From Candidatus Hydrogenedentota bacterium (GTDB lineage: Bacteria > Hydrogenedentota > Hydrogenedentia > Hydrogenedentales > SLHB01), in contig CAVUWV010000014.1 in assembly GCA_963745075.1 (NCBI GenBank), positions 1 through 64,000 of the forward strand: DNA of 64,000 nucleotides. Reading direction: 5' to 3'. Below, piece after piece: positions 1-11,069 of this stretch. The first letter of the stretch is position 1; every line of letters starts with the position of its first letter. The translations under genes and the position numbers were made by a program. The notes under the pieces are model-generated. The model saw nothing but the letters and a program-made list of their open reading frames with translations. It ran no database searches and had not been told where the DNA came from.

Positions 1-124
1 GATGAAGGAACGCACCTTCGCGGCTTTGTACTTCACGCCGAAATCCGAAGGCGGTCCGGGCGGATTCGATTTCAAGGTATCGGATGAGCCCATTTACGCC
101 GCGCCGGGCGGAGGGATTCAGTAA
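1..124 (+). CDS. 3' end of a gene truncated by the window edge (…KERTFAALYFTP…FDFKVSDEPIYAAPGGGIQ*)
   Basis: Open frame from position 2 to TAA at 122-124, one base before the GTG of the next gene. Confidence 0.45.
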   Translation, partial: MKERTFAALYFTPKSEGGPGGFDFKVSDEPIYAAPGGGIQ

Positions 125-125
125 C

Positions 126-740
126 GTGCGCACTTGGTTTACAGCGGTCGTAGCGTTCGCGATTTTGCTCGCGGGATGCGAGTCGACCGACAAGGACTCG
201 AAGCTGCCCGTGATTTCCGCGTCCGGCAAGAGCGCCGCGGATCGAGGAACGGTCTTTCTGAAGGTATTTCTCGATGACGACGTGCGTGCCAAGGCGCCGG
301 TGGACATGCAGATCAAGATCGACGACAAGCCGGTCATCAATCGTTCGTTCAGCTTTGGACCGTCCAGCGACGACGGTCAGTACCAGATTACGCTGCCCAC
401 CGGAAGCCATACGTTGAGCGCGACATCATTGCGCGGCAAGACGCAGATTTCGAGACGCTTTCGGGTGGGCAGAGGCGACAAGAAGTTTATCGAACTCTAC
501 GTCACCGATCAGGGGCGCGTTAAATTGACGCCCCAATCCAAGATCCGAATCCTCAAATTTGTCATCAAGCACCGCCGGAAACCGCAGCAGAAGAGTTTCA
601 ATCCGGCGATGTGGATGCGGCTGTCGGCTCATCGAACCGATCCTGGACAACCCGCAGCGAGGCGCAACGAACCCGCATGCCGGCTTACTTTCCGGACCGG
701 CGCCGCACGGAATCAGCGTCCAGACCAATGGGGCGAACGC
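126..740 (+). CDS. Putative lipoprotein with a beta-rich (PEGA-like) domain; true 3' end uncertain
   Basis: GTG at 126, signal peptide with lipobox LLAGC. The listed ORF runs on into the start of the next gene (MSDNGKS at 741), so a frameshift near 570-610 is likely. Confidence 0.5.
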
Positions 741-1910
741 ATGAGCGACAACGGGAAGAGCATGGCAGGGGAAGTCGAATTGGAGACCGTTGAATCCGCG
801 CCGTCATCGTGGCAACGGACGTGGCGAGATCGTCGCCGAGAAGGTTACTGAGACAAGCGGCCCGGTGGAAGTATTCGATACGCTGCAAAGCCGGATTTTG
901 ACCCATTGGCCGGAGGCGCAATCGATTCTCGAACGCAAGATGCCCGCGCCGCGCACGGCTATCGTGTATCCCACGTACGTGTGCAATCAGGATTGCCTCT
1001 GGTGCGAATACAACGCGGAGAACACGAACAAGAATCTGGACCGCGTCATGTCGCGCGACCGGCTCTTTGCGCTCATCGAAGATTTGCGGAGTCTGGGGGT
1101 TCGCGGCGTCGAGTTTTGCGGCGGCGGCGAACCGACACTCCATCCCAATCTCGCGGAACTCGATTCGCGACATGCATGAAAAGGGGCAGAGCGTGGGTTT
1201 GCTGACCAACGGCACGAAGTTGAAAGGCGAGTTGGCGTCGGCCTTGGTGGATTGCGCCAGCTACGTGCGCGTTGGGTTTGATGGCGCTACTCCGGAGACG
1301 GCCAACGCGGTTAAGCGTCCCAAAACGCCGGAAGCCCGGTTCGAAGCGGTTTGCGACAACATCGCCGCGATGATCGCGCTGCGGAACGAGCGAAAGACGA
1401 AGGTTAAGATCAGCATCAAGGTCGTGCTCGACCAAAACAACGTGCACGAAATGGAAGCGTGCGTGGTAGGTTGCGAAACGTCTCCACGTGGATTCGATCC
1501 AATTCAAGGCTGCGCGGTTGGTGGACTCCGAACTTACCCCGGAACAAAGCGAAGAAGTGAATGTGCGACTGGCGAGTCTGCGGCAGCAGCATCCCGGTAT
1601 TGCCATCGTTGGCGGCACGGAAAAGATCAACATGACGACCCATTGCTGGCTCACGCCGCTGCAACTTACGGTGGACCCGATGGGTGAAGTGTATTTGTGC
1701 TGTTACTACCGGCACCGGAAAGATCGCCATTCGATTGGGAACTGTTTCGAGACGTCGCTGCACGACCTCTGGTACAGCGAGAAGCACTGGGAAGCCATCG
1801 ACGGCATCCAGCCGCACGAATGCAACAATCTGGACTGCCGATTCGTGAAGTACAACCAAATCATGGACGAAGTCATGGTGCATAACGATGCGCAGTTTGA
1901 GTTTATATAG
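741..1910 (+). CDS. Radical SAM protein with C-terminal SPASM/twitch domain (frameshifted at about 805, 1160 and 1470)
   Basis: CNQDCLWC motif, GGGEPTLHP, LTNG, VRVGFDG, and SPASM-like CWLTPLQLTVDPMGEVYLCC…IGN…CNNLDC spread over ORFs 790-1179, 1067-1687 and 1488-1910. Confidence 0.85.
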
Positions 1911-1947
1911 TCGCGTTGAGAGTGCCGGACGCGCGTCAGAAGGGAAC

Positions 1948-1976
1948 ATCCCCCTTGATCCCCCTTCAAAGGGGGA
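1948..1976. repeat. Intergenic palindromic element (ATCCCCCTTG ATCCCCCTTCAAAGGGGGA)
   Basis: Direct repeat of ATCCCCCTT plus hairpin TCCCCCTT-CA-AAGGGGGA (1959-1976) between co-directional genes. Confidence 0.5.
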
Positions 1977-2026
1977 ATTTCGCCGATCAGTGTTCCGACT
2001 GAGATGCCCGTGCTTGGGGTGTTGGG

Positions 2027-3437
2027 ATGAAGGTACTCCTGCTGAATCCTCCGGGGGCGTTTTGCCGTGCGGGCTCGCGGTGGCCGCATAAGCGGAAACC
2101 GAAGGCGGTCGGTATTGACTACCACCCGTTTCCGTTTCAACTAGGGTATGCCGCGTCGCGTCTGCTTGCAGACGGTCATGAGGTTGATCTGCTCGATTGC
2201 ATCGCCAACCGGATTGGTCTTGGACGAGCTGGGCCGCATCTGCGACGAGTTCGATCCCGATATCGTGTTCATGGAAACCAGTGCGCCCAGTTGGTCTGAT
2301 GACCTCGCGACCATGCGCGCGCTGAACCGGCCTACCATCGCCGGCGGCGCGCATGCGACGGCAACGCCGCAGGAACATATCGAGGCCGGGTTTACGCGCC
2401 GTAATTCACGGGGAATACGACCAGGCGATCGGCGAAGCCATCACGCTGGAACCCCGAGCCGTGGCTCGCGACGCAGGACGCACCCGCAACCGAGTTCGTG
2501 CCGCTGGTTCGCGATTTGGATGCGCATTCCACGTCCTGCCTGGGAACTCATGACGATGGAGAAGTACAATGACCCATTCTGTCTGGGGCGGTCCGTTACC
2601 GTGCTCACGTCGCGCGGTTGCCCGCTCGAATGCGGTTTCTGCACGATCGCGCCCTTCGCCGGAAAGCGCAACTACCGGCGGCGGGAACCCAAGCACGTCT
2701 GCGATGAGATTCAGGAACTGATCGACCGCTATCATCCCGACGAGTTTTACTTCGATGACGACACGATTACGATCAATCGGAAGCATATTCTGGCGCTGTG
2801 TGACGAGATCGAACGCCGCAACTTCGGTATTCCATTCAGCTGCATGGGGAACGCGGTGATTCCTACGGACGTCATCGCTGCGATGGCCAAGGCGGGTTGC
2901 CGCGCGATCAAATTTGGTGTCGAGAGTGGGGATCCCGACGTGTTGCGCCAAATCCCCAAGGATCAGGATCCGAAAGACGTGGTCCGTACCGTAAACGATT
3001 GCCGGAAACACGGCATTCAAACCCATGCCAACTTCCTGTTCGGCCTTCCGGGCGAATCGCGGGAGAGTGCGTTGCGGACCATCGATTTTGCCTTGGGGCT
3101 GAATACGCACACGTTGCAATTCGCGATTGCCACGCCGTATCCCGGGACAAATTTCTATGAGCGTGCGAAGCAGAATGGCTGGCTGACCAAGGAAAGCTGG
3201 ATGCAGTTCGACCCGGCTGGGGAAGCCGTCGTGTCGTATCCCGGCTATACCGCCGACGACATCGCGGCTATGTACGACTTGGCGTGGAGCCGGTGGCAGT
3301 GGCACATGCTCACCCGTCGCCCGCGGACGTTGCTGCACCATTTTGGCAATGCGTTTCGCCGGGAAGGACTGGGAGGAATGGTCCGGCTCGGCAAGTACAG
3401 CGCGCAGCGCTTCTTCAAGGTCGTGGGAGCACACTGA
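2027..3437 (+). CDS. Cobalamin-binding radical SAM protein, HpnJ/BchE-like (frameshifts at about 2205 and 2400-2520)
   Basis: N-terminus MKVLLLNPP…AGSRWP, GGAHAT, TSRGCPLECGFC, YFDDDT, KFGVESG, FLFGLPGE, TPYPGT. Confidence 0.85.
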
Positions 3438-4757
3438 TGCGAATCGCGCTCGTCAATCCCAGTGTGCCGAAGTCGCTGAAGAAGGAAAACCTGGGGTTGG
3501 CGTACTTGTCCGCCACTTTGCAGGCCGACGGACACCAGACCCGAATCATCGACGAAATCGCGGGTCAGGATGTTGAGGCGGAACTCGACGACTTTCGCCC
3601 GGATATTGTAGGCATCTCATTCATGACGATGTATGCGTTGCGGGCGTACGAACTCGCCGATCGTATTCGGAAAGAACGTGGTCTGACGGTGGTGATGGGC
3701 GGTGCCCATCCCACGGCAATGCCGGAGGAAGCGCTGGAACACGGGGACTGCGTCATTCGCGGCGAGGCGGAGTGGACGTTTCCGCAGGCCATTACATCGG
3801 GCAAACTGGAAGGGATCATCGAGCCGCAAGTGCCGCCGGAATTGGATGTCATTCCCGAGCCGCGCCGTGACCAGCTCGATTTGGACCAGTACGCGGAAGC
3901 GGGGGAGGAGATCGCGGGATTCTCGTATCGCACGCTCGGGATCATTACCAGCCGCGGTTGTCCGTTTGTCTGCAACTACTGCATTAACTCGAAGCGGGAA
4001 ACCAAACTTCGGTTTCATAGCCCGGATCGCGTCGTTGAGGAGATTCGTTACCTGGTCAGACCGGCATCATATCGAGAGCATCGCCTTTTTCGACGAGTTG
4101 ATGGCGACGGACATCGATCGGTTCCGGGCGATTTGCGATAGCATGATTCAGGCGGATCTCAATCACCTGAAATGGGAGTGCCAGATTCATGCCCGGCGGA
4201 TTCGGCCGGACGTACTGCAACTGATGAAACGCGCGGGATGCCTTCAGGTCACCATCGGATTCGAAAGTGGTAGCCAGCGCATGCTCGACCGCATGGTCAA
4301 GCACTCCTCCGTCGAGGCGAATATGGAAGCGGCGCGCCATATCCACGAAGCGGGCCTGCGCGTGCGTGGCTGCTTCATCATCGGAACGCCGGGGGAGACG
4401 GTGGAAGACGTCGAACTCACCCAGAAGTTCATTCGGAACGCGAAGATCGATTTTGCGTCGATCCACTACCTGACGCCGTATCCCGGCACCGCGTTGTTCG
4501 ATGAGTTTAAGGATGAAATCCTGGGCGCCGGGATAACGTGGGACAAGTTTACCGCCGGCGATCCGGACACCTTCAATTGCAACAAGAGTATGTCGCCGGA
4601 GTTGCAGAAGCGGATGTTCCTGAAACTCAGCGCGCGGCAAGCATTCCGAAATTATTCCTGGCCTGAGATGGTCAAGCGCGCCATACGAAACCCCCGTCAC
4701 GCCATCCACGTAGTCTCGAACAGTGGTTTGATTAAGAATCGCGTAATTCGGAAGTAA
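3437..4757 (+). CDS. Cobalamin-binding radical SAM protein (frameshift at about 4060)
   Basis: TGATG overlap with the previous gene; MRIALVNPS…LGLAYLSA, GGAHPT, GEAE, TSRGCPFVCNYC, FFDE, IGFESGS, FIIGTPGET, TPYPGT. Confidence 0.88.
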
Positions 4758-4791
4758 GAAACGTAACAAGATTCCTGTACGGGTGGGACGC

Positions 4792-4874
4792 GGAATGTAG
4801 CGCAGGCGTCTGGCCTGCAAAGTCGTCGGATATGAACTGAACAAGATGCAGGCGAGACGCCTGGGCTACATTCC
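4792..4874. repeat. REP-like 28-bp inverted repeat pair
   Basis: GGAATGTAGCGCAGGCGTCTGGCCTGCA (4792-4819) and TGCAGGCGAGACGCCTGGGCTACATTCC (4847-4874) are reverse complements with 2 mismatches; each arm has GTAG followed by an internal hairpin. Confidence 0.75.
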
Positions 4875-4915
4875 TGCGCTTTTCGATGTGATTGTTTCGC
4901 AGTTTTTTCAGGGGT

Positions 4916-4958
4916 AAAACGAAACTGGGCCGCGAACCCAAAGGTTCGCGGCCGAGTT
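4916..4958 (-). terminator. Rho-independent terminator for the minus-strand gene ending at 4980
   Basis: Perfect 11-bp stem GGCCGCGAACC-caaa-GGTTCGCGGCC (4928-4953) followed on the minus strand by a T-rich tract (GTTTCGTTTT). Confidence 0.7.
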
Positions 4959-4979
4959 GTTATGCACTTGTAATCCCGA

Positions 4980-6765
4980 TTAAAGTGATTCGAACTTCTT
5001 CTGGAAGGGGGTCCGGTCCTCGATCACTAATTGCTTCTTGGCGAGGAGTTCGAGCTTCTCTTCATAGCCTTCCGTGCGGGACGCGAAAATCTGCGCTTCG
5101 ATATTTTTCTGCGCGGTCTCGTCGCCCACGTCAAGAACCGGAATCCGGCGAGCCTTCGGCGGCCGTGTTCTGATAGACGCCGATATGCTCGCCATCGAGG
5201 GTCCGGTAGTAGACGCCCCAGTTGCCATTCATCACGCATTCGGCCCAACTCATGGTCGTCGTACCGAAGCGGTCCGTAACCGGGAGTTCGGCGAAGAAGT
5301 ATTCGCGCGACCGAGCGATTTCGAGTTCCTGGAGGTACAGCGCAGTGTAGGCGTCCAGCAACTTGGCGTCGACCCAGTTCATTCCATCCGCGCGCTGTTT
5401 CAATTCTTCCACTGCGGCGATTCGCGCGGCCCGGGAATATTTTTCGGGGGCCAGGGGCGGACTTTCGCGCACGAGGATTTCCAGCCGCTCGATGTTGCTC
5501 TCGAGCGTGTCCCGCGTAATCATGCGGCGCGTGTTCGCGTCTTCCAGTTTGCCAGTCAGCCCTCAAGTCGCGCGACTTCGGCGTTCAAGCCGTCACGTCG
5601 TGCCTGGGTGATGGCCGTCTCGTTCACGAGCCGGTCGTACTCATCCTGGGCTTGCACGTATTCGGCGTTGGTCTGCTCGAGTTCGGCCTTGGCAGAATCC
5701 AATGGGAAGTGTACTGGGTCAGATCCTGTTGGGCGGTTTCCTTCTGGCCGTTCAGATCGCTGATGCTTTCTGAAGTTCCTTCTCCTCGGCGCGAAGCTTC
5801 TCAATCTGCGCAGTGATCGAGCACTCTCCGGTTCGACCGGCCGCTCAAATCTCGAACCTGGTTATTCAGGTCGCGCAATTTCCTGCTTCAGCTGGTGCCA
5901 CCTGCGTCTTGCCGCGGGATTTACGGTGAACGGCATAAACGGGTCCGGCGAAGATACCGACCGCGAGCAACCCGATGATCAGCGCTACAATGCCAACCAA
6001 TACGCCCTTGCCGCCGCCGCCACGACCGGCTTTCGCGGGCTGGGGTGCAGGCGGGGGCGTCATGGCCGTGGGTGCGGCCGTGTCGGGTCCGAAATCGGGT
6101 ACCGGGGTGCCCTGATCGAAGCCGCCGCTACCGGCGCCACTTCCGAACGCGTCGGCGTCGAATCCTTGGTTGCCTTGATCGGCGCCGAACATGGGCGTCT
6201 CCATTGCCTGCGTGGGCGCCGAGGTATCGGCCGCGGCGCTGAATCCGCCGGTACCGCCGAAAGCGCTGTCGAAGAGGGGCGTGTCGATATCGGACTCGGG
6301 TCCGGGAGGCGCCACTTCGGGCGTTTCCGGGGTGAAGTCGCTGTCGGCGGAAAGATCCTGGAAGCCGGTTCCGGACGGAGTATCCAGACCGCTGTCGGAC
6401 GACGGGGTTCCGAAGACGGGCGTGCTGCCGTATTCGGCGGGTGGCGGTTTTACCGCGCCGCCGGTCGGCTGCGGGGTCTCCACCGGGATGTCGCTGATTG
6501 GCGGCAATCCGCTGACACGTTCCTCCCCCTTGTCGGAGTCCGAATCGATCGAACTGAGTGGGGGAAGACCACTGTCGAAACCACCGCCGGCGGACGATTC
6601 AAAATCGCTCAACGGAGGCAGGTTTCCCAAATCACTCTCGCCACCCTCGCCGGATAGCGCACCGAAATCCGAGTCCCCCGAATCGGCCGTACCGAAAGCA
6701 TCGCTTTCTTCATCTTTGCGTTCTTCGGAGTCACCCTGCTGGTTGCGGCTTTTATCGTCAGCCAT
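4980..6765 (-). CDS. Hypothetical membrane-anchored protein: acidic/Pro-rich disordered N-terminus, single TM helix, coiled coil, C-terminal domain (several frameshifts between 5130 and 5930)
   Basis: ATG at 6765 with RBS GGAGGTGG; ORFs 5866-6780, 5556-5804, 5131-5523 and 4980-5228 read as consecutive pieces; TM VLVGIVALIIGLLAVGIF; heptad-like LDSAKAELEQTNAEYVQAQDEYDRL. Confidence 0.65.
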
Positions 6766-6822
6766 CGAAACCACCTCCATTGTATTGTAGAAGCTGGAGT
6801 TATCACCTCGCGTAACAGCGTC

Positions 6823-6851
6823 ATTCTAACATGGGGTATAGGGGGTGTCAA
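6823..6851 (-). promoter_or_regulatory. Sigma70-type promoter
   Basis: Minus strand TTGACA (6851-6846), 17-bp spacer, TAGAAT (6828-6823) with extended -10 TG, about 58 bp upstream of the ATG at 6765. Confidence 0.8.
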
Positions 6852-7020
6852 GAAATCCCTACCCCAAAATATAGGACCCCGCGAGTGGTCCCATGTCCCT
6901 GTAAATCAAACAATTCCGCGTATCTATCCCGGGTTTGGCGCGGTCGCAAGACGGGCGTCAATCCGGTTATGAATTCTGCGAAATTATCATGATTGGGATA
7001 CCCCGAATCCCGAAGCTACT

Positions 7021-7437
7021 CTACGGCATTACAACCCCGATGGTCAACAGTAAATTCGCGTAGATTCGTTGTTCGCCCGTTACGACTTGCAGGCAGGTCT
7101 CGGGACCCGATGCCTCCTCGTAGAATTCGAACCGTCCGAACCGTGTCAATTCGTGGTCGGGCATCATGTGTTGAAACTCCGCGAAGATGGCGGGATCGGG
7201 CCCGTCCGCGGGTTCCATGACGGCGGCATCTTCAATGGGGATCACCGTGAGCAATGCGGACAACACGTCCGTAACGGTGACCATGCCCGGTGCGAGATTG
7301 AGATAAACCAGGGATGCGTTTTCGCCCAGGCAAGTGCTCGCCGGGTAGTTCCCGTCGGTAATAAGGATGCGTGAGCCGTGCCCTGCGGCGGCCAAGGCCT
7401 CCAGGATTTCCGGGTGAAGGAGTCGTTGCTTGAGCAT
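7021..7437 (-). CDS. RbsD/FucU family sugar pyranase/mutarotase
   Basis: MLK…LHPEILEALAAAGHGSRILITDGNYP…RFEFYE…TGEQRIYANLLLTIGV family signature. Confidence 0.9.
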   Translation of the reverse strand: MLKQRLLHPEILEALAAAGHGSRILITDGNYPASTCLGENASLVYLNLAPGMVTVTDVLSALLTVIPIEDAAVMEPADGPDPAIFAEFQHMMPDHELTRFGRFEFYEEASGPETCLQVVTGEQRIYANLLLTIGVVMP

Positions 7438-7456
7438 GGTGTTGCCTGTCCTTGTG

Positions 7457-9215
7457 CTACGCGCCGCCTATGACGGTTGCGGCGCCGTGCTCCCCGCAGC
7501 GGGGAGAGCGCCTAAGATTCGTATCCAGTTCGTCGGCCAATTCCGGGAACTGGGTTTTGACTTGTTCGGCCAGATGTTTGGCTTCGTCCAGCCGCCCGGT
7601 GGCGAGAAGGCTCTGAATCAGCCCGACTGCCGCGGACTCGATCAGCGGCCGGTTGGAATCGGTTGGGGTTACCCGCAGCAACGAAGCGAAATGCGCGGCC
7701 GCCTCGTTGTAGCGCTGTTGGCCCATGAAGATACGGCCCAGGGAAAGTTGGGCGTCCAGTTCATCGTCCCAGTAGGTATTCTTGGCGGGGCTTCCTTCCG
7801 GTTCCGCGTTCTTTTTCATTCTGGTAGAGATCGACGACGCGTTCGTAGGAGCGCCGGGCGCCGGGAATGTTGTCGAGAAGATCCTGATACGTGACGGCCA
7901 GGTTGTAGGTTACGCGGATGGAGTTGGGATTGTCTTTCAAGGTTGCGACGTAGATCGATTCGTTGCTCCGCCAGTCCTGATTTCGGACCACGGTCAACCC
8001 GATGAAGCACAGGCAGGCGGCATAGGCGACGACGGCGATGGCGGTTCTGGCGCGAACGCTTTGCAACGCCATTGCGGCTAACTCGAAGAGTGCCCACAAG
8101 AACCCGGCGAGGGGAACGTACATCCAGTGTTCGGCCATGGGGGCGTTCAAGGGGAAAATACCGGAAACCGGCAACCAGGCGAGGAGGAAGATGGCCATGG
8201 CGGTCCAGAGGCGGGGCCGTTTCGTCACCACCGCCCACACCGCGATGCCCACACATGCCGCGAGCAGGAGAGTCCCGGCCAGGGCCGCCAATCCACCGAC
8301 GTCGGCCAACGTACGTTCCATGTGCAGACCGGTGGGAATGAAAATGAGCCGGATATATAAGGCAAAGGCCTGGAGGCTTTCATACAAGCGTTGACCGAAC
8401 CCCGGGGTGTTCCCGGCTGCTTGCTCTGGGCTGAAGTTGAGCACCGTTGCCCGCAGTGCGAGATAGATCCCGGTGACTACCGCAGACGCGATCAGCGCGG
8501 GGATGGGCCGGCGGGAGTTTTGCGGCGTTTTCGCATCCGCCTTCGATGCGCCGAGGCGCGCCGCCACAACCATTGCCAGGATCAAGACGGGAAAGATGAG
8601 TGCGGATTCCTTGCACAACAGGGCCAGGGCGATGCATATCGTGCTCAGAATGGCGTAGGCGATGTGCCGTGGCGTTGAAGCCGACCGGAGCGCGAAGAGC
8701 AATCCTGCAAAGCCGAAGGTCGCTGCCATGGGGTCGGCCCGGCCGCTGATGTACGCGACGGCTTCCGTCTGCAGGGGATGGACCACCCACAGCACCGGGA
8801 CACAGGCTTGCACGATCCGCGGCGCGCCGAATTGCGCCAGGAGAAAGAAAAGGAGTATGCCCGCCGCCGCATGCCAGAGCGCATTGCTGACGTGGAAGAG
8901 GAAGGGGCTTACATCCGGGACGCCGAATTTCGTTTGGGAAGGTTCGTGCCCCGAGGTGGTAAGTGCGTAGTCGACGGCGAAAGAGAGGGAAACCAATGGA
9001 CGGTAAAAGTTGCCCTGTCCTCTGCCGTAGGCGTGTTGATCTTTCGTGAAAAGCGCCCCGATTCGTGCGTTCTTGACGTCTTCGTGCAGGAGTACGGAGG
9101 ATGCGTCGTCCCAAACGAACGCATTGGAAAATGTGTTAGCGTAGGCAATCAGCGTGGCGGCGAGAATTCCCGCCACGACCAGTGCGCGAAATTGGGCGTC
9201 GGAAATTATGGCCAT
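7457..9215 (-). CDS. TMTC-like GT-C membrane glycosyltransferase with C-terminal TPRs (frameshift at about 7815)
   Basis: FVWDD, FYRPL, LFHVSNALWH, HPLQTEAVAYISGR, KES, AEHWMYVP and WRSNESIY motifs, multiple TM helices, TPR-like C-terminus continuing in ORF 7457-7819. Confidence 0.8.
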
Positions 9216-9898
9216 GATCGCAGATACACCTCGAACTGGTCGCCGGTCTTCAGATACTCCAGCAACATACCTCGACGTTTGCCGACTATTTTTTTGAACT
9301 TCAGGCCCAGAAACTCGTCGCCCTCACGAACGCGAAGATGTTCCACTTCCCCGGTCTCGGGCAGGTAGACCTCGATAAACGCATAGATCACGGGCGGGTC
9401 CTTCTCGCGGTCCTCATACCAGCCCCGCAACATGACGACCGGCCGGTTCTTCTCGATGGTCGCCCACTCCTTGTAGCGGGGGACCCGGGAGTTATTGGGC
9501 TCGACAATCGTAATAAGATCGCAAATCAGTAACACCGCCAGCCCGTTCTGAGCGCTCCGGGCGACTTTCAGGACGTCCTCCAGATGGCGGACGACCTGGC
9601 GGAGCGCTTCCTTGCCCTCCGGTGTGCCCCGATACTTCTCCGTCTCCTCCTTCAAGTGCTGCTTTAGCGGCTTACCGAAGGCCGGAGGCACGGGTGTTTG
9701 CCGGGTCAACGCCGGAACGAACTGATACAGCGGCTGCAGTCCTTTTTCGATCTCCGCGGCAATCGCTTTTTCGGTCGTGGGACCTTTGCCCGGGGGCGAA
9801 GGGGGCGGAGGCAACTTGCCCTCGTCACACCCGGTGCAGATAAGAAGCGACCCAATCAGGACGCACACGATCGAACGTTTCGAAACGACACGCTCCAT
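9206..9898 (-). CDS. Pro-rich lipoprotein, paralog of 9931-10548
   Basis: Lipobox ICTGC, LPPPPSPP linker, C-terminus EVYLPETGEVEHLRVREGDEFLGLKFKKIVG. Confidence 0.75.
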   Translation of the reverse strand: MERVVSKRSIVCVLIGSLLICTGCDEGKLPPPPSPPGKGPTTEKAIAAEIEKGLQPLYQFVPALTRQTPVPPAFGKPLKQHLKEETEKYRGTPEGKEALRQVVRHLEDVLKVARSAQNGLAVLLICDLITIVEPNNSRVPRYKEWATIEKNRPVVMLRGWYEDREKDPPVIYAFIEVYLPETGEVEHLRVREGDEFLGLKFKKIVGKRRGMLLEYLKTGDQFEVYLRSWP

Positions 9899-9930
9899 GA
9901 TAACGCCAGAGCCCGGTCCGTTGTACGGGG

Positions 9931-10548
9931 TTATTTGTAGACGTCGAAGGTCTGGTCGGTTTTCTTGTACTTCAGCCGGACACCCTTGTTGTCGCCGATG
10001 ATTCGTTCGAGGATCAGGCCTTCAAACTCCTCGCCTTCCCGGACCTGTTCGTGCTTCGTTTCGCCGGTCAACGGCAGGTAGATGTCGAGGAATACATTCG
10101 TAACGCCGTCGATCTCCATGATGCCCTTCATCGTCACCCGGGGGCGGCTCTTTTCGTCGATGGCGCGTTGGCGGTAACGCTGGGTTCGGGTGTTGCCGGG
10201 GTCGAGTATGTCGACGGCGTCACACAGGTTTAACACCAGGTTCCATTGCTCCGATTCGTGGGCGGCCTTGAGCATTTGTACGAAGTCGTTGGTCAAGCGA
10301 TTCTGCGCACTGTTTCCATTGAGTTCGGTTTTGAGGCTCGCCACCTCTTTGGAGAGGGTTTCCTTAAGCTCTTTTGCGCTATTGGGAGCCGGGGTTATCA
10401 ACGGCTTGACCTTTTCCAGCACCCGGGATTCGAGTGCTTGCGCGGTCGGGGGCGGTGGCGGCGGAGGCGGAGGCGGTGGTGGTGGCTCTTTCTTACACGC
10501 GCTCAAGGCGATTAGACACAGAACGGCCAACACGGCAAATCGTTTCAT
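9931..10548 (-). CDS. Poly-proline lipoprotein, paralog of 9206-9898
   Basis: Lipobox LSAC, long poly-Pro run, C-terminus DIYLPLTGETKHEQVREGEEFEGLILERIIG. Confidence 0.8.
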   Translation of the reverse strand: MKRFAVLAVLCLIALSACKKEPPPPPPPPPPPPPTAQALESRVLEKVKPLITPAPNSAKELKETLSKEVASLKTELNGNSAQNRLTNDFVQMLKAAHESEQWNLVLNLCDAVDILDPGNTRTQRYRQRAIDEKSRPRVTMKGIMEIDGVTNVFLDIYLPLTGETKHEQVREGEEFEGLILERIIGDNKGVRLKYKKTDQTFDVYK

Positions 10549-11069
10549 CTTGAATCCCTCTGTTCTCGCTTACCTACCCGAGCCCCCCGCCGGACGGATC
10601 TCGTGCGACGGTGAAACCCTAGTATAGGCATACTTGACAGGGTAAGACAAATTTATTGACACATTGGAAGGGATCCGACACGCCACGGCCGATCGTGTGG
10701 ACTCCCCCGGAATTCTGACGCGCGCATAACACTTGCGCTGTAATCTTTGTGAGCACGGTGCGTTCGAGATACGGCACAGGCTCTTTGGCTTGACCGTGGG
10801 CGCGCGAGAATTCCTCAACAGTGAGCCTATCGTTCTTATCGAGAGCATTGCTCACCGCTGCCTGGGACAACGCTCGATGAGGCAAGGCCGGTGGGGCGGT
10901 GAGAGATGCGAACTAACCGGCCACCATGCAAGAGCTTGACGGAAGGCAGCAACACTTATGTCTTGGGTGGTTTCCTTGCCGACTCGCCACTTTATGTACT
11001 ATGATAATGGTGGAAGCTGGTTGTGCATTCCTCCTCGGTCGGAATCCCGGGGGGACGGAAGGGAGTTTG

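Noticed and set aside
741..4757. Programmed frameshifting or selenocysteine recoding in the radical SAM genes
   Set aside because: The breaks are frame changes with no evident slippery sequence or in-frame TGA at a Cys position, and they cluster in one region regardless of gene type
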